From assembly GCA_964388575.1 (NCBI GenBank), contig CAYMAZ010000002.1, positions 4,657 to 68,656 of the forward strand: DNA of 64,000 bases, in the 5' to 3' direction. How positions within the stretch are numbered: position 1 is the stretch's first letter; every line of letters begins with the position of its first letter. This document shows, in pieces, positions 57,975 to 64,000 of this stretch. The position numbers and the translations under genes are program-made. Source of the stretch: an uncultured Bacteroidales bacterium. Lineage in GTDB: Bacteria > Bacteroidota > Bacteroidia > Bacteroidales > DTU049. The notes beneath the pieces are model-generated. The model was not told the DNA's origin. It worked only from the letters and a program-made list of their open reading frames with translations, and made no database searches.

Positions 57975-58217
57975 CTATCTCCAGACAGGTTGCTGTGTTC
58001 TTTTATTTTTTATGATAAAATTTCTGTTCACAGGGAGTGTATTCCTTTTCAGTTTTTTCTGATAATTACTTCGGTAACCGTATTGTGTTGTTCTTTTTTT
58101 AACCATCTTCTTATAATATCTGTATTGAGATGGTCCGCAGGAAGCGAACATGCCGGATACAAGTAAAAGACTGAATACCCAGATTGCGAATCTGTTGGTG
58201 AGTTTTTTCTGCATCAT
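57975..58217 (-). CDS. Small, very basic putative lipoprotein
   Basis: The ATG at 58217 gives MMQKKLTNRFAIWVFSLLLVSGMFASC (lipobox), followed by a K/R/Y-rich tail. There is no family recognition, and the competing track ORF 58111..58326 overlaps it. Confidence 0.35.
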   Translation of the reverse strand: MMQKKLTNRFAIWVFSLLLVSGMFASCGPSQYRYYKKMVKKRTTQYGYRSNYQKKLKRNTLPVNRNFIIKNKRTQQPVWR

Positions 58218-58397
58218 GGTTTTTCTTGTTGCAAAATCTGCGTAAAAGTACAATTTTTTTTGAAATACAACGAAAAAATCTAAATTTTAAATAAAAATTA
58301 AAAAAAGAACCTTTCTTTCTCTTCATTCAGAATAAAAAACAAGACATTTAAATATTAAAGCTTAAGAACCGGTCAATGGTTAGCCATACAGTTCTGA

Positions 58398-59666
58398 TTA
58401 ATTTCCGAAGTCATCGTAGGCAATGTTCTCTCTGGGAACACCAAGATTATCAAGCATATTTGTGCAGGCATCCAGCATGAGACCGGGGCCACAAATATAA
58501 TACTCAATCTCCTCAGGTTCAGGATGATTTTTCAGATAGTTATCATAAATGACCTGATGAATGAATCCAATGTAACCATCCCAGTTGTCTTCAGGTTTTG
58601 GTTCAGAAAGCCCGATATGAAACTGAAAATTATCAAATTCCTTTTCAATTTGTCTGAAATCTTCTTCGTAGAACAATTCTCTTTTGGATCGTCCTCCGTA
58701 CCAGAAAGTAGCTTTCCGTGATGTTTTTCTCGTGTGAAAAAGATCAAAAATATGGGATCGCATTGGAGCCATTCCTGCACCACCACCGATAAACATCATC
58801 TCTTTGTCTGTTGGTTTAATAAAGAACTCTCCGTATGGACCTGATATAGTCACTTTATCGCCCGGTTTTTTTGAAAAGATGTATGAAGAACAAATTCCTG
58901 GATTCACTTTCATAAATACATTCTTTGCTCTGTCCCAGGGTGGGGTTGCTATTCTCACGTTCAGCATAATAATATTGCCTTCAGCAGGATGACTGGCCAT
59001 AGAATATGCCCTGAAGATGGGTTCAGTGTTCTTCATTTTCAAATCCCACATATTATAAATATCCCACTCACCACGAAACTCCTCTTCAACATGCATATCT
59101 TTGAAATTTACTTCACAAGGCGGAACATCAATCTGGATGTACCCTCCTGACTGAAAGTCAAGCCATTCATTGTTTGGCAGTTTGACAACAAATTCTTTAA
59201 TAAACGTTGCAACATTTCTGTTAGAAATCACTTCGCATTCCCACTTTTTGATATTGAATCTCTCTGCAGGAACCTGAATCTTCATATCATTTCTGACTTT
59301 TACCTGACAGCCAAGGCGCCAGTTATTTTGCTGTTCCTTACGTGTAAAATAAATCGTTTCTGTAGGCAGGATGCTCCCCCCACCTTCTATGACTTGAACT
59401 TTACACATTGCACAGGTTCCACCACCACCACAAGCTGATGGAAGAAAGATATTCTGAGTTGAAAGAGTACTAAGCAATGTTCCTCCTGGTGCAACTTCAA
59501 TTTCCTTCTCTTCGTTTATATTCAGTTTGACATTTCCCTGAGGCATTAGTTTCTTACGGGCATAAAGCAATACTCCCACAAGAATAAGAATTACCAGTAA
59601 AAACGCAGCAATACTGGCAATTACGACAGTAAAATCTATGGCTGCAACAACAAACATGCTATTCAT
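58398..59666 (-). CDS. nqrF: Na+-translocating NADH:quinone oxidoreductase subunit F
   Basis: 422 aa with an N-terminal TM helix. 2Fe-2S site: CGGGGTCAMCKV. FAD site: RAYSMAS. NADH site: FIGGGAGMAP. Confidence 0.95.
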   Translation of the reverse strand: MNSMFVVAAIDFTVVIASIAAFLLVILILVGVLLYARKKLMPQGNVKLNINEEKEIEVAPGGTLLSTLSTQNIFLPSACGGGGTCAMCKVQVIEGGGSILPTETIYFTRKEQQNNWRLGCQVKVRNDMKIQVPAERFNIKKWECEVISNRNVATFIKEFVVKLPNNEWLDFQSGGYIQIDVPPCEVNFKDMHVEEEFRGEWDIYNMWDLKMKNTEPIFRAYSMASHPAEGNIIMLNVRIATPPWDRAKNVFMKVNPGICSSYIFSKKPGDKVTISGPYGEFFIKPTDKEMMFIGGGAGMAPMRSHIFDLFHTRKTSRKATFWYGGRSKRELFYEEDFRQIEKEFDNFQFHIGLSEPKPEDNWDGYIGFIHQVIYDNYLKNHPEPEEIEYYICGPGLMLDACTNMLDNLGVPRENIAYDDFGN

Positions 59667-59692
59667 TTGTTCAGTATTTTTTTACGTTTGTA

Positions 59693-60310
59693 TTATATTT
59701 TAATTCCAAGAAAACTCATAAATGCAATGCCCATAAGTCCTGTAATGATAAAAGTTATTCCAAGACCTCTTAATGGAGCAGGTACAGCCGAGTATTTGAT
59801 CTTTTCCCTGATGGCAGCAATACTAACAATTGCCAACCACCAGCCAACACCGGACCCCAGTCCGAATGAAAATGCCTCTCCGATATTACTGTATTCCCTT
59901 TCCTGCATAAACAATGAACCACCAAGGATAGCACAGTTTACTGCAATAAGTGGAAGAAAAATTCCCAATGCTGAATACAGCGGTGGGCTGAATTTCTCAA
60001 TAATCATTTCAACAAGCTGCACCATAGAAGCAATGACAGCAATAAACATGATAAATGAAAGAAAGCTCAGATCCAGACCGGCAAACGATTCACCCAGCCA
60101 GCTCAGGGCTCCTTTCTTCAGTAGATAATTATCAATCAAATAATTCACTGGAACTGTAATAGACAGCACAAACAATACTGCCAAACCCAGTCCGCTTGAA
60201 GTTTTGACTGTCCTAGAAACGGCCAGATACGAACACATGCCTAAAAAATAGGCAAAGATCATATTATCGATAAAGATTGACCTGATGAAAATATTGAAAT
60301 ACTCTGTCAT
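59693..60310 (-). CDS. nqrE: Na+-NQR subunit E
   Basis: 205 aa and polytopic. Its position and size within the nqr operon fit NqrE. Confidence 0.92.
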   Translation of the reverse strand: MTEYFNIFIRSIFIDNMIFAYFLGMCSYLAVSRTVKTSSGLGLAVLFVLSITVPVNYLIDNYLLKKGALSWLGESFAGLDLSFLSFIMFIAVIASMVQLVEMIIEKFSPPLYSALGIFLPLIAVNCAILGGSLFMQEREYSNIGEAFSFGLGSGVGWWLAIVSIAAIREKIKYSAVPAPLRGLGITFIITGLMGIAFMSFLGIKI

Positions 60311-60321
60311 CGCTTTTTAAA

Positions 60322-60978
60322 TTAACTTTTATCAATCAAATCTCTGTTTTTATATCTCTGTACCCAGATAATGACGCCTACGATAATAAGAGCCATCGGG
60401 GGTAGAATCATCATCCCATTGTTAAAATAACCTGCGTTGTAAAACGCTTCGGGGATTACCTTGTAGTTCCAGAGAGTACCTGAACCAAGCAGTTCTCTGA
60501 AAAATCCAACAATGATCAGAATAATTCCGTAGCCCATTGCATTTCCCATCCCATCAAGAAAAGACTGCCAGGGCTTATTAGCCATTGCAAATGCCTCAAG
60601 ACGCCCCATGACAATACAGTTTGTTATAATCAGTCCAACAAATACAGACAACTGCTTACTTACATCAAACACAAATGCTTTAAGAAACTGATCCACCAGA
60701 ATCACGAGCATTGCTATAATTGTCAACTGCACAATGATTCGAATTCGCGGTGGTATTGTTTTTCTCAGTAAAGATGTTACGACATTTGATACTGCAAGTA
60801 CAAAAACCACAGACAATGCCATGACAACTGAGGGTTTCAGTTTTACAGTCACAGCAAGAGCAGAACATATACCGAGCACCTGAATGGTGATGGGGTTGTC
60901 CTTGTTTAGAGGCTGGGTCAACAGCTTAATATTTTTCGGGGAAAACAATGATTCCCTTTTATTCCTCGTTGTTTCCAT
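60322..60978 (-). CDS. nqrD: Na+-NQR subunit D
   Basis: 218 aa and polytopic. Its start overlaps the nqrC end by 20 nt. Confidence 0.92.
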   Translation of the reverse strand: METTRNKRESLFSPKNIKLLTQPLNKDNPITIQVLGICSALAVTVKLKPSVVMALSVVFVLAVSNVVTSLLRKTIPPRIRIIVQLTIIAMLVILVDQFLKAFVFDVSKQLSVFVGLIITNCIVMGRLEAFAMANKPWQSFLDGMGNAMGYGIILIIVGFFRELLGSGTLWNYKVIPEAFYNAGYFNNGMMILPPMALIIVGVIIWVQRYKNRDLIDKS

Positions 60979-61720
60979 TATTCTTTATTTTTTCAAAAAA
61001 AGGAAGATAATTTTTAAGGTTTGATCTGATCATATCAGATGTTCCGTCACTTGTTATTGTTCCGCCGGAGATGGCATCTACTCCGTGAATTTCAGAAATG
61101 GTACTACTGTTTTTCACACCACCCTTCACTACAGCAACTGAAACAAATTCATGATCTGTGTTAAAAATTTGTTTATCATTAAACTGTTCCTGAAATTCAG
61201 TTGTTGAAATCTCAGCACCAAGGCCAGGAGTTTCACCTTTGTGACCAAATGTCACACCTGCAACAGTAGAAAAATCATCCTTCAATGCAATAGTCCCCCA
61301 GATCGGTCCCCAAAGACCACGACCAAGTAACGGAATGACATAAAGAATATCTTTATCCCTGTTAATTACATATAAAGGCAGCAACCCTTTTCCAGTTTTT
61401 TCAATAGACAGAAGTTGTTCTTTAATAATAATGTCAAAAGCTCTGATATCTCCTGAATTAAATTTCCCATCTGAATAAGATGCTACAACATTTCCCTTTT
61501 CATCGACAACAATTTCCTCAACGACATACTGATTATAGGATGATGGAACTTCTTCTGTCGGAACTGTAATGTGAGCAGCTCCCAGGATATCTTTCATTTT
61601 TTCAACCTCCAGATTTCGCTGCTGAAACGGCTGCAATATTGTTGCTGCAAGTGACAGTAATAATGCAACGATCATAACCATCACAGAGGCGTATATAAAT
61701 ATGTATTTATTGCTGAACAT
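60959..61720 (-). CDS. nqrC: Na+-NQR subunit C
   Basis: 253 aa with a single N-terminal TM helix. The FMN-attachment context is DAISGGTITS. Confidence 0.92.
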   Translation of the reverse strand: MFSNKYIFIYASVMVMIVALLLSLAATILQPFQQRNLEVEKMKDILGAAHITVPTEEVPSSYNQYVVEEIVVDEKGNVVASYSDGKFNSGDIRAFDIIIKEQLLSIEKTGKGLLPLYVINRDKDILYVIPLLGRGLWGPIWGTIALKDDFSTVAGVTFGHKGETPGLGAEISTTEFQEQFNDKQIFNTDHEFVSVAVVKGGVKNSSTISEIHGVDAISGGTITSDGTSDMIRSNLKNYLPFFEKIKNNGNNEE

Positions 61721-61733
61721 GGTTTTCAGAATT

Positions 61734-62942
61734 TTATGATGTTATTTGAACATTTGACCTGAGTTTCAAAGCTCGTTTTGTACGAAACTTAATATGAGAC
61801 TGAATTACATAATGATCTATCAGCGGAGCCATCACATTCATAAATAAAATGGCAAGCATCATCCCTTCAGGATAGGCTGGATTTAGCACTCTGAGTATCA
61901 CTGCAAAAACTCCGATCAAAAATCCATAGATCAGTTTTCCCCTGGCTGTCTGTGCTGCAGAAACAGGATCAGTGGCCATAAATACAGCACCAAAAGCAAA
62001 TCCCCCCATAATCAGATGATACCAGGAAGGAAGAAGCATATACTCATTGGCCCCAACAAGATTCAGCATCCAGCCCATAGCCAAACCTCCTACTACAGTT
62101 GATGCCATAATACGGAAACTTCCTATTCCTGTGTATATCAGAATAAATGCACCGATCAATATTGCCAAAGCAGAAGTCTCACCAACAGACCCCGGAATGA
62201 ATCCAAGAAACATATCAATTGCAGAAGGTAAGGTGTCTGAATGACCTGAAGCTGTCAGCGCAAGCGGAGTTGCACCAGAAACAGCATCAGGTTTTGCTGC
62301 AATCCAGACATTGTCTCCAGACATATGAGCCGGATAAGCAAAAAACAGAAAAGCACGAGTAAGTAATGCCGGATTCATAATATTCATCCCAGTTCCACCA
62401 AAAACTTCCTTTCCAAAAATGACTGCAAAGATTGTTGCAACAGCAACCATCCATAAAGGAATATCGGGAGGCACAACCAGTGGTATCAACAAACCCGAAA
62501 CCAAGAACCCTTCATTGATCGAATGCCCCCTGATTTGCGCAAATGTAAATTCTACTCCCAGCCCTGCCACATATGATACAATAATAATTGGCAATATTTT
62601 TATCAACCCGTACCAGAATATTTTCCAGAACCCAACAAGCGGAATTATCTCCTTCCAGTTGATGGAAGAAAATTCCGGCATAATTTTAAACTGAGCAAGA
62701 TAATACTGAATACCGACATTAAAAATTCCAAATAACAGAGCGGGAATTAAAGCAATCACAACCATGATCATCGTTCGTTTCATATCTACACTGTCCCGAA
62801 TATGAGCACCTCTTTTTGTCACATGGTCCGGGACGAATAGGAATGTTTCAAACCCGTCAAAAACACTGTGCAAAAAATACAGCTTTCCTCCTTTCTGAAA
62901 ATTGGGTTTAATTTTATCAAGAAATTTTCTCAATGGTTTCAT
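61734..62942 (-). CDS. nqrB: Na+-NQR subunit B
   Basis: 402 aa and polytopic. The FMN-attachment context is DAVSGATPLA. Confidence 0.93.
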   Translation of the reverse strand: MKPLRKFLDKIKPNFQKGGKLYFLHSVFDGFETFLFVPDHVTKRGAHIRDSVDMKRTMIMVVIALIPALLFGIFNVGIQYYLAQFKIMPEFSSINWKEIIPLVGFWKIFWYGLIKILPIIIVSYVAGLGVEFTFAQIRGHSINEGFLVSGLLIPLVVPPDIPLWMVAVATIFAVIFGKEVFGGTGMNIMNPALLTRAFLFFAYPAHMSGDNVWIAAKPDAVSGATPLALTASGHSDTLPSAIDMFLGFIPGSVGETSALAILIGAFILIYTGIGSFRIMASTVVGGLAMGWMLNLVGANEYMLLPSWYHLIMGGFAFGAVFMATDPVSAAQTARGKLIYGFLIGVFAVILRVLNPAYPEGMMLAILFMNVMAPLIDHYVIQSHIKFRTKRALKLRSNVQITS

Positions 62943-62964
62943 CTTTGAAACTGTATTTAGTTAT

Positions 62965-64000
62965 TTAGTTCGTTTCTTTTATAATAAAGTCAATTCCTTC
63001 GCGGATGATGGTTTGTGACTCAATCTTGGAAGTACAGACAACTTCGCAAAGAGCAAAATCTTCCTCTGCCACTTCATAAATACCAAGTTGCTCCATGAGC
63101 TCAAAATCACGCACAATGATTGCTTTGAGCAATTGTACAGGCATCAGATTCATTGGGAACACCTTTTCATACTGACCGGTCATGACAAAAGCACGCAATT
63201 CACCGTGTTTGTTAGTATCCAACCTGTAATGTCTGTTACGGAATAACCATGAAAAGTATGTTCTTGACATGCTGAACTTCTTAAATCCCGGATTTGCCCA
63301 ACCCAGAAATTCATGATGATTTCCTTCAGGAATCGCACTAATCATTCTGTCATAAAACCCAATGAAACCATCATGGGAAATTGTCGAACCGGTGAGAACA
63401 TTTCCTGAAATAATTCTGGTATTCCCAAGAAAAAGATTTCCCTTTACAAGCCCGGAAACAGAAGCACCGATGAGTGACTCAAAATAAAATGTTTTCTCAA
63501 ATTCTGACCCAGCACAGGCATACATCCGTTTATGCACATATCTGCCCTCTTCAAACAAACGTCCGATGGCAACCACATCCTGGGGGTCAACATACCAGAC
63601 AACATCTCCCTTCAGCACAGGCCGGATATGATGAATCTGAACACCAACATTTGATGCAGGATGCGGTCCGTCAAACTGATTGATCTGAACATTCTTTGTG
63701 TGTAGAAACATTTCAGGAACGCCCAATTTTGGATGAACATTCAGGTGAATTAATCCGGATGTGAGTTTTTTCAACACATTAATGCCAGACTGAAAATGTT
63801 CCTGTTTGTGATGTTTCATTACAAACACCATATCGGGCGCAAGCGGAGCAGTATCAAATCCGGATATAAATATTGCATCCGGAACCACTTCAGGATCAGC
63901 AATAATTGCAAATGGTCTTTGTCTGATCACGGGCCATAATCCGGAAGCAAGTAATTTCTCAGCTATGAATTTCCTGTCCAGCAATTCCGGATCTTCTGAT
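62965..64000 (-). CDS. nqrA: Na+-NQR subunit A; the 5-prime end lies outside the window
   Basis: The frame stays open to the window edge; the track shows it only from an internal Met at 63984. It is a soluble subunit located upstream of nqrB. Confidence 0.9.
   Translation of the reverse strand, partial: SEDPELLDRKFIAEKLLASGLWPVIRQRPFAIIADPEVVPDAIFISGFDTAPLAPDMVFVMKHHKQEHFQSGINVLKKLTSGLIHLNVHPKLGVPEMFLHTKNVQINQFDGPHPASNVGVQIHHIRPVLKGDVVWYVDPQDVVAIGRLFEEGRYVHKRMYACAGSEFEKTFYFESLIGASVSGLVKGNLFLGNTRIISGNVLTGSTISHDGFIGFYDRMISAIPEGNHHEFLGWANPGFKKFSMSRTYFSWLFRNRHYRLDTNKHGELRAFVMTGQYEKVFPMNLMPVQLLKAIIVRDFELMEQLGIYEVAEEDFALCEVVCTSKIESQTIIREGIDFIIKETN

Noticed and set aside
58111-58326. 71-aa minus-strand ORF downstream of nqrF
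   Set aside because: It overlaps the 57975..58217 ORF in another frame. It is extremely basic and low-complexity and has no signal or TM pattern. I weakly prefer the lipobox-containing frame, and neither is well supported.
1-64000. Scan for tRNA, rRNA, CRISPR arrays, transposases, integrases, and known defence or toxin-antitoxin modules
   Set aside because: I found no T-loop-like GTTCGAATC/GGTTCAAAT motifs in a tRNA-sized context. I found no rRNA-like conserved blocks. I found no regularly spaced direct repeats. No ORF carries DDE, tyrosine- or serine-recombinase, RT, nuclease-helicase or similar defence hallmarks.

Overview
This is a gene-dense, low-GC chromosomal segment of about 52 CDS on both strands. 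I assign it to Bacteroidota on three grounds: many proteins end in T9SS type-A sorting domains, TAnnTTTG -7 promoter boxes recur, and the pdxJ / CBS / nadK / OM-protein neighbourhood is conserved there. Most genes are housekeeping: fbaA, queA, pdxJ, nadK, glyQS, mqnA, recA and a complete-looking Na+-NQR operon nqrFEDCB plus a 5-prime-truncated nqrA. Secreted or outer-membrane proteins are interspersed: an S1 protease, a CotH protein, a BNR protein, an M14 carboxypeptidase, an SBBP protein, and an STN-TonB receptor with a DUF4249-like partner. Transporters include a CDF, two tandem PiT paralogs, an MFS and a BASS. There is also a stand-alone aldehyde:ferredoxin oxidoreductase. I found no rRNA, tRNA, CRISPR array, transposase, integrase or recognisable defence or toxin system, and no convincing new multi-gene system. 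The most unusual structure is at 7816-8390. There the convergent 3-prime ends of two genes plus their terminator are present twice as a diverged direct repeat. The repeat brackets about 385 bp of hairpin-rich non-coding DNA, which could be a decayed integration scar, a MITE or an sRNA locus. Secondary observations are a GC-rich island with an SD-preceded mini-ORF upstream of queA/aor, a dockerin-tailed M14 multidomain protein among T9SS cargo, and an STN-type receptor with no sigma/anti-sigma pair. All family calls come from motif recognition by eye; no searches were run.
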